Positions 21,869 through 36,800 of a DNA stretch of 64,000 nucleotides are shown here, in pieces; within the stretch, counting starts at the first letter, position 1, and each line of letters begins with the position of its first letter. The stretch comes from Balanoglossus misakiensis. Taxonomy: Eukaryota; Animalia; Hemichordata. A model generated the notes under the pieces. That model was not told where the DNA came from and searched no databases. It worked only from the letters and a program-made list of their open reading frames with translations. The DNA lies in NCBI GenBank assembly GCA_040954595.2, contig CM082588.2, positions 10,214,844-10,278,843 on the forward strand, read 5' to 3'. The position numbers were made by a program, and so were the translations under genes.

Positions 21869-24800
21869 CAAAATCTCAAAATTTCGTCGATTTTGAAAAA
21901 AAATCATGGGTTCGTCGATTTTTGAAAAAAAACATGGGAGAAAATCTTCAAAAAATGAGAATTTTGTCGATTTTTGAAAAAAAAAATCATGGGTGAAAAT
22001 CATCAAAAAATGACAAATTTTCGACTTTGCAAAATCTCAAAATTTCGTCGATTTTTGAGAAAAATCATGGGTGAAAATCATCAAAAAATGACAAATTTTC
22101 GACTTTGCAAAATCTCAAAATTTCGTCGATTTTTGAAAAAAAACATGGATGAAAATCATCGAAAAATGACAAATTTTCGACTGCAAAATCTCAAAATTTT
22201 GTCGATTTTGAAAAAAGTATGGGTTCGTCGATTTTTAAAAAAAATCATGGGTGAAAATCATCAAAAAATGACAAATTTTCGACTTTGCAAGAACTTCGAG
22301 ATTTTCGTCGATTTTTGAAAAAAAAAATCGTGGGGGGGGGGGGGGAAATCATAAAAAAATGACAAATTTTCGACTTTGCAAAATCTCAAAATATCGTCGA
22401 TTTTGGAAAAAAAAACATGGGTTCGTCGAAAAAAAAACATGGGTGAAAATCTTCAAAAAATGACAAATTTTCGACTTTGCAAAAACTCAAAATTTCGTCG
22501 ATTTTTGAAAAAAAATGGGTGAAAATCATCAAAAAATGACAAATTTTCGACTGCACAATCTTAAAATTTCGTCAATTTTTGAAAAAAAATCATGGGTAAA
22601 AATCATCAATAAATGAAAAATGTTCGACTTTGCAAAATCTCAAAATTTCGTCGATTTTTGAAAAAAATCATGGGTGAAAATCATCAAAAAATGACAAATT
22701 TTCGACTTTGCAAAATTTTCAAAAATTCGTCGATTTTTGAAAAAAAAATGGGTTATAGCTGATGAAAATCATCAACAAATGACAAATTTTTGACTGCAAA
22801 ATCTCAAAATTTCGTCGATTTTTGAAAAAAAAACATGGATGAAAATCATCAAAAAATGACAAATTTTCGACTGCAAAATCTCAAAATTTTGTCGATTTTG
22901 AAAAAAGTATGGGTTCGTCGATTTTTAAAAAAAATCATGGCTGAAAATCATCAAAAAATGACAAATTTTCGACTTTGCAAGAACTTCGAGATTTTCGTCG
23001 ATTTTTGAAAAAAAAAATCGTGGGGGGGGGGGGGAAATCATAAAAAAATGACAAATTTTCGACTTTGCAAAATCTCAATATATCGTCGATTTTGGAAAAA
23101 AAAAACATGGGTTCGTCGAAAAAAAAACGGGTGAAAATCATCAAAAAATGACAAATTTTCGAATTTGCAAAATCTCAAAAGTCCGTCGATTTTGAAAAAA
23201 AACATGGGTGAAAATCTTCAAAAAATGATTCTTGAAAAAAAATGGGTGAAAATCATCAAAAATGACAAAGTTTCGACTTTGCAAAATCTCAAAATTTCAT
23301 CGATTTCTGAAAAAAATCATAGGGGAAAATCATCAAAAAATGACAAATTTTCGACTGCAAAATCTTAAAATTTCGTCAATTTTTGAAAAAAAATCATGGG
23401 TAAAAATCATCAAAAAATGACAAATTTTCGACTTCGCAAAATCTCAAAATTTCGTCAATTTTTGAAAAAAAAATCGTGGGGGGGGGGAAATCATCAAAAA
23501 AATGACAAATTTTCGACTTTGCAAAATTTTGAAAAATTCGTCGATTTAAAAAAAAAAACATGGGTTCGTCCATTTTTGAAAAAAAAAACATGGGTGAAAA
23601 TCATCAACAAATGACAAATGTTCAACTTTGCAAAATCTCAAAATTTCGTCGATTTTTGAAAAAAAAAATCGTGGGGGGGGGGGGAAATCATCAAAAAAAT
23701 TACAAATTTTCGACTTAACAAAATTTTCAAAAATTCGTCGATTTTTGAAAAAAAAAAACATGGGTTCGTCCATTTTTGAAAAAAAAAACATGGGTGAAAA
23801 TCATCAACAAATGACAAATGTTCAACTTTGCAAAATCTCAAAATATTGTCGATTTTTGAAAAAAAATCATGGGTTCGTTGATTTTTGAAAAAAAAACGGG
23901 TGAAAATCATCAAAAAATTACAAATTTTCGTCTTTGCAAAATCTCAAAATTTCGTCGATTTTTGAAAAATAAAATCATGGGTAAAAATCATCAAAAAAAT
24001 ACAAATTTTCGACTTTGCAAAATCTAAAAATTTTGTCGATTTTTGAAAAAAATCATGGGTGAAAATCATCAAAAAATGACAAATTTTCGACTTTGCAAAA
24101 TCTCAAAATTTCGTAGATTTTTGAAAAAAAATCATGGGTTCGTTGATTTTTGAAAAAAAAACATGGGTGAAAATCATCAAAAAATTACAAATTTTCGAAT
24201 TTGCAAAATCTCAAAATTTCGTCGATTTTTGAAAAAAAAACATGGGTGAAAATCATCAAAAAATGACAAATTTTCGACTTTGCAAAATCTCAAAATTTCG
24301 TAAATTTTTGAAAAAAAGTCATGGGTGAAAATCATAAAAAAATTACAAATTTTCGTCTTTGCAAAATCTCAAAATTTCGTCGATTTTTGAAAAAAAAAAT
24401 CATGGGTAAAAATCATCAAAAAATTACAAATTTTCGACTTTGCAAAATCTAAAAATTTTGTCGATTTTTGAAAAAAATCATGGGTGAAAATCATCAAAAA
24501 ATGACAAATTTTCGACTTTGCAAAATCTCAAAATTTCGTCGATTTTTGAAAAAAATCATGGGTTCGTTCAATTTTGAAAAAAAAACATGGGTGAAAATCA
24601 TCAAAAAATTACAAATTTTCGACTTTGCAAAATCTCAAAATTTTGTCGATTTTTGAAAAAAAATCATGGGTGAAAATCATTAATAAATGACAAATTTTCG
24701 ACTTTGCAAAATCTCAAAATTTCGTCGATTTTTGAAAAAAAATCATGGGTGAAAATCATCAAAAAATTACAAATTTTCGACTTTGCAAAATCTCAAAATT

Positions 24801-27800
24801 TCGTCGATTTTTGAGAAAAATCATGGGTGAAAATCATCAAAAAATGACAAATTTTCGACTTTGCAAAATCTCAAAATTTTGCCGATTTTTGAAAAAAAAT
24901 CATGGGTTCGTTGATTTTTGAAAAAAAACATGGGTGAAAATCATCAAAAAATTACAAATTTTCGACTTTGCAAAATCTCAAAATTTCGTAGATTTTGGAA
25001 AAAAAAATCATGGGTTCGTCGATTTTTGAAAAAAATCATGGGTGAAAATCATCAAAAAATGACAAATTTTCGTCTTTGCAAAATCCCAAAATTTGGTCGA
25101 TTTTTGAAAAACAAATTCATGGGAAAAAATCATCAAAAAATGACAAATTTTCGACTTTGCAAAATCTCAAAATTTCGTAAATTTTTGAAAAAAAGTCATG
25201 GGTGAAAATCATCAAAAAATTACAAATTTTCGTCTTTGCAAAATCTCAAAATTTCGTCGATTTTTGAAAAAAAAAATCATGCGTAAAAATCATCAAAAAA
25301 TTACAAATTTTCGACTTTGCAAAATCTAAAAATTTTGTCGATTTTTGAAAAAAACAATCATGGTGAAAATCATCAAAAAATGACAAATTTTCGACTTTGC
25401 AAAATCTCAAAATGTCAATTTTTTAAAAAAATCATGAGTTCGTTGATTTTTAAAAAAAAACATTGGTGTCAATTTTTTAAAAAAATCATGGGTTCGTTGA
25501 TTTTTAAAAAAAAACATTGGTGAAAATCATCAAAAAATTACAAATTTTCGACTTTGCAAAATCTCAAAATTTCGTACATTTTTGAAAAAAAATCATGGGT
25601 GAAAATCATCAAAAAATGACAAATTTTCGTCTTTGCAAAATCTCAAAATTTCGTCATTTTTAAAAAAAAAATCATGGTGAAAATCATCAAAAAATGACAA
25701 ATTGTCGACTTTGCAAAATCTAAAAATTTTGTCGATTTTTGAAAAAAATCATGGGTGAAAATAATCAAAAAATGACAAATTGTCGACTTTGCAAAATCTA
25801 AAAATTTTGTCGATTTTTGAAAAAAAATCATGGGTTCGTTGATTTTTGAAAAAAAACATGGGTGAAAATCATCAAAAAATTACAAATTTTCGAATTTGCA
25901 AAATCTCAAAATTTCGTCGATTTTTGAAAAAAAAAAACATGGGTGAAAATCATCAAAAAATGACAAATTTTCGACTTTGCAAAATCTCAAAATTTCGTAA
26001 ATTTTTGAAAAAAAGTCATGGGTGAAAATCATCAAAAAATTAAAAAGTTTCGTCTTTGCAAAATCTCAAAAAATCGTCGATTTTTGAAAAAAAAAATCAT
26101 GGGTAAAAATCATCAAAAAATTACAAATTTTCGACTTTGCAAAATCTAAAAATTTTGTCGATTTTTGAAAAAAATCATGGGTGAAAATCATCAAAAAATG
26201 ACAAATTTTCGACTTTGCAAAATCTCAAAATTTCGTCGATTTTTGAAAAAAATCATGGGTGAAAATCATCAAAAAATGACAAATTTTCGACTTTGCAAAA
26301 TCTCAAAATTTCGTAAATTTTTGAAAAAAAGTCATGGGTGAAAATCATCAAAAAATTAAAAAGTTTCGTCTTTGCAAAATCTCAAAATTTCGTCGATTTT
26401 TGAAAAAAAAATCATGGGTAAAAATCATCAAAAAATTACAAATTTTCGACTTTGCAAAATCTAAAAATTTTGTCGATTTTTGAAAAAAATCATGGGTGAA
26501 AATCATCAAAAAATGACAAATTTTCGACTTTGCAAAATCTCAAAATTTCGTCGATTTTTGAAAAAAATCATGGGTTCGTTCAATTTTGAAAAAAAACATG
26601 GGTGAAAATCATCAAAAAATTACAAATTTTCGACTTTGCAAAATCTCAAAAATTTGTCGATTTTTGAAAAAAAATCATGGGTGAAAATCATTAATAAATG
26701 ACAAATTTTCGACATTGCAAAATCTCAAAATTTCGTCGATTTTTGAAAAAAAAATCATGGGTGAAAATCATCAAAAAATTACAAATTTTCGACTTTGCAA
26801 AATCTCAAAATTTCGTCGATTTTTGAGAAAAAAAAATCATGGGTAAAAATCATCAAAAAATTACAAATTTTCGACTTTGCAAAATCTAAAAATTTTGTCG
26901 ATTTTTGAAAAAAATCATGGGTGAAAATCATCAAAAAATTACAAATTTTCGACTTTGCAAAATCTCAAAATTTCGTCGATTTTTGAAAAAAAAAAATCAT
27001 GGGTGAAAATCATCAAAAAATGACAAATTTTCGACTTTGCAAAATCTCAAAATTTCGTCGATTTTTGAAAAAAATCATGGGTGAAAATCATCAAAAAATG
27101 ACAAATTTTCGACTTTGCAAAATCTTAAATTTCGTCGATTTTTGAAAAAAATCATGGGTGAAAATCATCAAAAAATGACAAATTTTTGACTTTGCAAAAT
27201 CTCAAAATTTCGTCGATTTTTGAGAAAAATCATAGGAAAAAATTATCAAAAAATGACAAATTTTCGACTTTGCAAAATCTCAAAATTTCGTCGATTTTTG
27301 AAAAAAATCATGGGTGAAAATCATCAAAAAATGACAAATTTTCGACTTTGCAAAATCTTAAATTTCGTCGATTTTTGAAAAAAATCATGGGTGAAAATCA
27401 TCAAAAAATGACAAATTTTTGACTTTGCAAAATCTCAAAATTTCGTCGATTTTTGAGAAAAATCATGGGTGAAAATCATCAAAAAATGACAAATTTTCGT
27501 CTTTGCAAAATCTCAAAATTTGGTCGATTTTTGAAAAAAAAATCATGGGTAAAAATCATCAAAAAATGACAAATTTTCGACTTTGCAAAATCTCAAATTT
27601 CGTCGATTTTTGAAAAGAATCATGGGTGAAAATCATCAAAAAATGACAAATTTTCGACTTTGCAAAATCTCAAAATTTCGTCGATTTTTGAGAAAAATCA
27701 TGGGTGAAAATCATCAAAAAACGACAAATTTTCGTCTTTGCAAAATCTCAAAATTTCGTCGATTTTTGAAAAAAATCATGGGTGAAAATCATCAAAAAAT

Positions 27801-30800
27801 GACAATTTTTTGTCTTTGCAAAATCTCAAAATTTGGTCGATTTTTGAAAAACAAAATCATGGGAAAAAATCATCAAAAAATGACAAATTTTCGACTTTGC
27901 AAAATCTCAAAATTTCGTCGATTTTGGAAAAAAAAACATGGGTGAAAATCATCAAAAAATGACAAATTTTCGAATTTGCAAAATCTCAAAATTTCGTCGA
28001 TTTTTGAAAAAAATCATGGGTTCGTTCAATTTTGAAAAAAAAACATGGGTGAAAATCATCAAAAAATGACAAATTTTCGTCTTTGCAAAATCTCAAAATT
28101 TGGTCGATTTTTGAAAAAAAAATCATGGGTAAAAATCATCAAAAAATGACAAATTTTCGACTTTGCAAAATCTCAAATTTCGTCGATTTTTGAAAAGAAT
28201 CATGGGTGAAAATCATCAAAAAATGACAAATTTTCGACTTTGCAAAATCTCAAAATTTCGTCGATTTTTGAGAAAAATCATGGGTGAAAATCATCAAAAA
28301 ACGACAAATTTTCGTCTTTGCAAAATCTCAAAATTTCGTCGATTTTTGAAAAAAATCATGGGTGAAAATCATCAAAAAATGACAATTTTTTGTCTTTGCA
28401 AAATCTCAAAATTTGGTCGATTTTTGAAAAACAAAATCATGGGAAAAAATCATCAAAAAATGACAAATTTTCGACTTTGCAAAATCTCAAAATTTCGTCG
28501 ATTTTGGAAAAAAAAACATGGGTGAAAATCATCAAAAAATGACAAATTTTCGAATTTGCAAAATCTCAAAATTTCGTCGATTTTTGAAAAAAATCATGGG
28601 TTCGTTCAATTTTGAAAAAAAAACATGGGTGAAAATCATCAAAAAATTACAAATTTTCGACTTTGCAAAATCTCAAAATTTTGTCGATTTTTGAAAAAAA
28701 ATCATGGGTGAAAATCATTAATAAATGACAAATTTTCGACTTTGCAAAATCTCAAAATTTCGTCGATTTTTGAAAAAAAATCATGGGTGAAAATCATCAA
28801 AAAATTACAAATTTTCGACTTTGCAAAATCTCAAAATTTCGTCGATTTTTGAGAAAAATCATGGGTGAAAATCATCAAAAAATGACAAATTTTCGACTTT
28901 GCAAAATCTCAAAATTTTGTCGATTTTTGAAAAAAAATCATGGGTTCGTTGATTTTTGAAAAAAAACATGGGTGAAAATCATCAAAAAATTACAAATTTT
29001 CGAATTTGCAAAATCTCAAAATTTTGTCGATTTTTGAAAAAAATCATGGGTGAAAATCATCAAAAAATGACACATTTTCGACTTTGCAAAATCTCAAAAT
29101 TTCGTCGATTTTTGAAAAGAATCATGGGTGAAAATCATCAAAAAATGACAAATTTTCGACTTTGCAAAATCTCAAAATTTCGTCGATTTTTGAAAAAAAT
29201 CATGGGTGAAAATCATCAAAAAATGACAAATTTTCGACTTTGCAAAATCTCAAAATTTCGTCGATTTTTGAAAAAAATCATGGGTGAAAATCATCAAAAA
29301 ATGACAAATTTTCGACTTTGCAAAATCTTAAATTTCGTCGATTTTTGAAAAAAATCATGGGTGAAAATCATCAAAAAATGACAAATTTTTGACTTTGCAA
29401 AATCTCAAAATTTCGTCGATTTTTGAGAAAAATCATGGGTGAAAATCATCAAAAAATGACAAATTTTCGTCTTTGCAAAATCTCAAAATTTGGTCGATTT
29501 TTGAAAAAAAAATCATGGGTAAAAATCATCAAAAAATGACAAATTTTCGACTTTGCAAAATCTCAAATTTCGTCGATTTTTGAAAAGAATCATGGGTGAA
29601 AATCATCAAAAAATGACAAATTTTCGACTTTGCAAAATCTCAAAATTTCGTCGATTTTTGAGAAAAATCATGGGTGAAAATCATCAAAAAACGACAAATT
29701 TTCGTCTTTGCAAAATCTCAAAATTTCGTCGATTTTTGAAAAAAATCATGGGTGAAAATCATCAAAAAATGACAATTTTTTGTCTTTGCAAAATCTCAAA
29801 ATTTGGTCGATTTTTGAAAAACAAAATCATGGGAAAAAATCATCAAAAAATGACAAATTTTCGACTTTGCAAAATCTCAAAATTTCGTCGATTTTGGAAA
29901 AAAAAACATGGGTGAAAATCATCAAAAAATGACAAATTTTCGAATTTGCAAAATCTCAAAATTTCGTCGATTTTTGAAAAAAATCATGGGTTCGTTCAAT
30001 TTTGAAAAAAAAACATGGGTGAAAATCATCAAAAAATGACAAATTTTCGTCTTTGCAAAATCTCAAAATTTGGTCGATTTTTGAAAAAAAAATCATGGGT
30101 AAAAATCATCAAAAAATGACAAATTTTCGACTTTGCAAAATCTCAAATTTCGTCGATTTTTGAAAAGAATCATGGGTGAAAATCATCAAAAAATGACAAA
30201 TTTTCGACTTTGCAAAATCTCAAAATTTCGTCGATTTTTGAAAAAAATCATGGGTGAAAATCATCAAAAAATGACAAATTTTCGACTTTGCAAAATCTCA
30301 AAATTTCGTCGATTTTTGAAAAAAATCATGGGTGAAAATCATCAAAAAATGACAAATTTTCGACTTTGCAAAATCTTAAATTTCGTCGATTTTTGAAAAA
30401 AATCATGGGTGAAAATCATCAAAAAATGACAAATTTTTGACTTTGCAAAATCTCAAAATTTCGTCGATTTTTGAGAAAAATCATGGGTGAAAATCATCAA
30501 AAAATGACAAATTTTCGTCTTTGCAAAATCTCAAAATTTGGTCGATTTTTGAAAAAAAAATCATGGGTAAAAATCATCAAAAAATGACAAATTTTCGACT
30601 TTGCAAAATCTCAAATTTCGTCGATTTTTGAAAAGAATCATGGGTGAAAATCATCAAAAAATGACAAATTTTCGACTTTGCAAAATCTCAAAATTTCGTC
30701 GATTTTTGAGAAAAATCATGGGTGAAAATCATCAAAAAACGACAAATTTTCGTCTTTGCAAAATCTCAAAATTTCGTCGATTTTTGAAAAAAATCATGGG

Positions 30801-33800
30801 TGAAAATCATCAAAAAATGACAATTTTTTGTCTTTGCAAAATCTCAAAATTTGGTCGATTTTTGAAAAACAAAATCATGGGAAAAAATCATCAAAAAATG
30901 ACAAATTTTCGACTTTGCAAAATCTCAAAATTTCGTCGATTTTGGAAAAAAAAACATGGGTGAAAATCATCAAAAAATGACAAATTTTCGAATTTGCAAA
31001 ATCTCAAAATTTCGTCGATTTTTGAAAAAAATCATGGGTTCGTTCAATTTTGAAAAAAAAACATGGGTGAAAATCATCAAAAAATGACAAATTTTCGTCT
31101 TTGCAAAATCTCAAAATTTGGTCGATTTTTGAAAAAAAAATCATGGGTAAAAATCATCAAAAAATGACAAATTTTCGACTTTGCAAAATCTCAAATTTCG
31201 TCGATTTTTGAAAAGAATCATGGGTGAAAATCATCAAAAAATGACAAATTTTCGACTTTGCAAAATCTCAAAATTTCGTCGATTTTTGAGAAAAATCATG
31301 GGTGAAAATCATCAAAAAACGACAAATTTTCGTCTTTGCAAAATCTCAAAATTTCGTCGATTTTTGAAAAAAATCATGGGTGAAAATCATCAAAAAATGA
31401 CAATTTTTTGTCTTTGCAAAATCTCAAAATTTGGTCGATTTTTGAAAAACAAAATCATGGGAAAAAATCATCAAAAAATGACAAATTTTCGACTTTGCAA
31501 AATCTCAAAATTTCGTCGATTTTTGAGAAAAATCATGGGTGAAAATCATCAAAAAATGACAAATTTTCGACTTTGCAAAATCTCAAAATTTTGTCGATTT
31601 TTGAAAAAAAATCATGGGTTCGTTGATTTTTGAAAAAAAACATGGGTGAAAATCATCAAAAAATTACAAATTTTCGAATTTGCAAAATCTCAAAATTTTG
31701 TCGATTTTTGAAAAAAATCATGGGTGAAAATCATCAAAAAATGACACATTTTCGACTTTGCAAAATCTCAAAATTTCGTCGATTTTTGAAAAGAATCATG
31801 GGTGAAAATCATCAAAAAATGACAAATTTTCGACTTTGCAAAATCTCAAAATTTCGTCGATTTTTGAAAAAAATCATGGGTGAAAATCATCAAAAAATGA
31901 CAAATTTTCGACTTTGCAAAATCTCAAAATTTTGTCGATTTTTGAAAAAAAATCATGGGTGAAAATCATTAATAAATGACAAATTTTCGACTTTGCAAAA
32001 TCTCAAAATTTCGTCGATTTTTGAAAAAAAATCATGGGTGAAAATCATCAAAAAATTACAAATTTTCGACTTTGCAAAATCTCAAAATTTCGTCGATTTT
32101 TGAGAAAAATCATGGGTGAAAATCATCAAAAAATGACAAATTTTCGACTTTGCAAAATCTCAAAATTTTGTCGATTTTTGAAAAAAAATCATGGGTTCGT
32201 TGATTTTTGAAAAAAAACATGGGTGAAAATCATCAAAAAATTACAAATTTTCGAATTTGCAAAATCTCAAAATTTTGTCGATTTTTGAAAAAAATCATGG
32301 GTGAAAATCATCAAAAAATGACACATTTTCGACTTTGCAAAATCTCAAAATTTCGTCGATTTTTGAAAAAAATCATGGGTGAAAATCATCAAAAAATGAC
32401 AAATTTTCGACTTTGCAAAATCTCAAAATTTCGTCGATTTTTGAAAAAAATCATGGGTTCGTTCAATTTTGAAAAAAAACATGGGTGAAAATCATCAAAA
32501 AATTACAAATTTTCGACTTTGCAAAATCTCAAAAATTTGTCGATTTTTGAAAAAAAATCATGGGTGAAAATCATTAATAAATGACAAATTTTCGACATTG
32601 CAAAATCTCAAAATTTCGTCGATTTTTGAAAAAAAAATCATGGGTGAAAATCATCAAAAAATTACAAATTTTCGACTTTGCAAAATCTCAAAATTTCGTC
32701 GATTTTTGAGAAAAAAAAATCATGGGTAAAAATCATCAAAAAATTACAAATTTTCGACTTTGCAAAATCTAAAAATTTTGTCGATTTTTGAAAAAAATCA
32801 TGGGTGAAAATCATCAAAAAATTACAAATTTTCGACTTTGCAAAATCTCAAAATTTCGTCGATTTTTGAAAAAAAAAAATCATGGGTAAAAATCATCAAA
32901 AAATTACAAATTTTCGACTTTGCAAAATCTAAAAATTTTGTCGATTTTTGAAAAAAATCATGGGTGAAAATCATCAAAAAATGACAAATTTTCGACTTTG
33001 CAAAATCTCAAAATTTCGTCGATTTTTGAAAAAAAAAACATGGGTGAAAATCATCAAAAAATGACAAATTTTCGACTTTGCAAAATCTCAAAATTTCGTC
33101 GATTTTTGAAAAAAATCATGGGTTCGTTCAATTTTGAAAAAAAACATGGGTGAAAATCATCAAAAAATTACAAATTTTCGACTTTGCAAAATCTCAAAAT
33201 TTTGTCGATTTTTGAAAAAAAATCATGGGTGAAAATCATTAATAAATGACAAATTTTCGACTTTGCAAAATCTCAAAATTTCGTCGATTTTTGAAAAAAA
33301 ATCATGGGTGAAAATCATCAAAAAATTACAAATTTTCGACTTTGCAAAATCTCAAAATTTCGTCGATTTTTGAGAAAAATCATGGGTGAAAATCATCAAA
33401 AAATGACAAATTTTCGACTTTGCAAAATCTCAAAATTTTGTCGATTTTTGAAAAAAAATCATGGGTTCGTTGATTTTTGAAAAAAAACATGGGTGAAAAT
33501 CATCAAAAAATGACAAATTTTCGACTTTGCAAAATCTCAAAATTTCGTAAATTTTTGAAAAAAAGTCATGGGTGAAAATCATCAAAAAATTACAAATTTT
33601 CGTCTTTGCAAAATCTCAAAATTTCGTCGATTTTTGAAAAAAAAAATCATGGGTAAAAATCATCAAAAAATTACAAATTTTCGACTTTGCAAAATCTAAA
33701 AATTTTGTCGATTTTTGAAAAAAATCATGGGTGAAAATCATCAAAAAATGACAAATTTTCGACTTTGCAAAATCTCAAAATTTCGTAGATTTTTGAAAAA

Positions 33801-36800
33801 AAACATGGGTGAAAATCATCAAAAAATGACAAATTTTCGACTTTGCAAAATCTCAAATTTCGTCGATTTTTGAAAAAAATCATGGGTGAAAATCATCAAA
33901 AAATGACAAATTTTCGTCTTTGCAAAATCCCAAAATTTCGTAAATTTTTGAAAAAAAGTCATGGGTGAAAATCATCAAAAAATTACAAATTTTCGTCTTT
34001 GCAAAATCTCAAAATTTCGTCGATTTTTGAAAAAAAAAATCATGGGTAAAAATCATCAAAAAATTACAAATTTTCGACTTTGCAAAATCTAAAAATTTTG
34101 TCGATTTTTGAAAAAAACAATCATGGTGAAAATCATCAAAAAATGACAAATTTTCGACTTTGCAAAATCTCAAAATGTTGTCAATTTTTTAAAAAATTCA
34201 TGAGTTCGTTGATTTTTTAAAAAAAACATTGGTGTCAATTTTTGAAAAAAATCATGGGTTCGTTGATTTTTAAAAAAAAACATTGGTGAAAATCATCAAA
34301 AAATTACAAATTTTCGACTTTGCAAAATCTCAAAATTTCGTACATTTTTGAAAAAAAATCATGGGTGAAAATCATCAAAAAATGACAAATTTTCGACTTT
34401 GCAAAATCTCAAAATTTCGTCGATTTTTGAAAAAAATCACGGGTGAAAATCATCAAAAAATGACAAATTTTCGTCTTTGCTAAATCTCAAAATTTCGTCG
34501 ATTTTTGAAAAAAATCATGGGTGAAAATCATCAAAAAATGACAAATTTTCGACTTTGCAAAATCTCAAAATTTCGTACATTTTTAAAAAAAAATCATGGG
34601 TGAAATTCATCAAAAAATGACAAATTTTCGTCTTTGCAAAATCTCAAAATTTCGCCGATTTTTGAAAAAAACAATCATGGTGAAAATCATCAAAAAATGA
34701 CAAATTTTCGACTTTGCAAAATCTCAAAATGTTGTCAATTTTTAAAAAAAATCATGAGTTCGTTGATTTTTAAAAAAAAACATTGGTGTCAATTTTTGAA
34801 AAAAATCATGGGTTCGTTGATTTTTAAAAAAAAACGGTGAAAATCATCAAAAAATTACAAATTTTCGACTTTGCAAAATCTAAAAATTTCGTACATTTTT
34901 GAAAAAAAATCATGGGTGAAAATCATCAAAAAATGACAAATTTTCGTCTTTGCAAAATCTCAAAATTTCGTCGTTTTTTAAAAAAAAATCATGGTGAAAA
35001 TCATCAAAAAATGACAAATTGTCGACTTTGCAAAATCTAAAAATTTTGTCGATTTTTGAAAAAAATCATGGGTGAAAATAATCAAAAAATGACAAATTTT
35101 CGACTTTGCAAAATCTCAAAATTTCGTCGATTTTTGAAAAAAATCATGGGTGAAAATCATCAAAAAATGACAAATTTTCGACTTTGCAAAATCTCAAAAT
35201 TTCGTCGATTTTTGAAAAAAATCATGGGTTCGTTCAATTTTGAAAAAAAACGGGTGAAAATCATCAAAAAATTACAAATTTTCGACTTTGCAAAATCTCA
35301 AAATTTTGTCGATTTTTGAAAAAAAATCATGGGTGAAAATCATTAATAAATGACAAATTTTCGACTTTGCAAAATCTCAAAATTTCGTCGATTTTTGAAA
35401 AAAAATCATGGGTGAAAATCATCAAAAAATGACAAATTTTCGACTTTGCAAAATCTCAAAATTTCGTCGATTTTTGAGAAAAATCATGGGTGAAAATCAT
35501 CAAAAAATGACAAATTTTCGACTTTGCAAAATCTCAAAATTTTGTCGATTTTTGAAAAAAAATCATGGGTTCGTTGATTTTTGAAAAAAAACATGGGTGA
35601 AAATCATCAAAAAAGTACAAATTTTCGAATTTGCAAAATCTCAAAATTTCGTCGATTTTTGAAAAAAAAACATGGGTGAAAATCATCAAAAAATGACAAA
35701 TTTTCGACTTTGCAAAATCTCAAAATTTCGTAAATTTTTGAAAAAAAGTCATGGGTGAAAATCATCAAAAAATTACAAATTTTCGTCTTTGCAAAATCTC
35801 AAAATTTCGTCGAGTTTTGAAAAAAATCATGGGTGAAAATCATCAAAAAATGACAAATTTTCGACTTTGCAAAATCTCAAAATTTTGTCGATTTTTGAAA
35901 AAAAATCATGGGTTCGTTGATTTTTTAAAAAAAACATGGGTGAAAATCATCAAAAAATTACAAATTTTCGAATTTGCAAAATCTCAAAATTTCGTCGATT
36001 TTTGAAAAAAAAACATGGGTGAAAATCATCAAAAAATGACAAATTTTCGACTTTGCAAAATCTCAAAATTTCGTAAATTTTTGAAAAAAAGTCATGGGTG
36101 AAAATCATCAAAAAATTACAAATTTTCGTCTTTGCAAAATCTCAAAATTTCGTCGATTTTTGAAAAAAATCATGGGTGAAAATCATCAAAAAATGACAAA
36201 TTTTCGACTTTGCAAAATCTCAAAATTTTGTCGATTTTTGAAAAAAAATCATGGGTTCGTTGATTTTTGAAAAAAAACATGGGTGAAAATCATCAAAAAA
36301 TTACAAATTTTCGAATTTGCAAAATCTCAAAATTTCGTCGATTTTTGAAAAAAAACATGGGTGAAAATCATCAAAAAATGACAAATTTTCGACTTTGCAA
36401 AATCTCAAAATTTCGTAAATTTTTGAAAAAAAGTCATGGGTGAAAATCATCAAAAAATTACAAATTTTCGTCTTTGCAAAATCTCAAAATTTCGTCGATT
36501 TTTGAAAAAAAAAATCATGGGTAAAAATCATCAAAAAATAACAAATTTTCGACTTTGCAAAATCTAAAAATTTTGTCGATTTTTGAAAAAAATCATGGGT
36601 GAAAATCATCAAAAAATGACAAATTTTCGACTTTGCAAAATCTCAAAATTTCGTCGATTTTTGAAAAAAATCATGGGTTCGTTCAATTTTGAAAAAAAAC
36701 ATGGGTGAAAATCATCAAAAAATTACAAATTTTCGACTTTGCAAAATCTCAAAATTTTGTCGATTTTTGAAAAAAAATCATGGGTGAAAATCATTAATAA

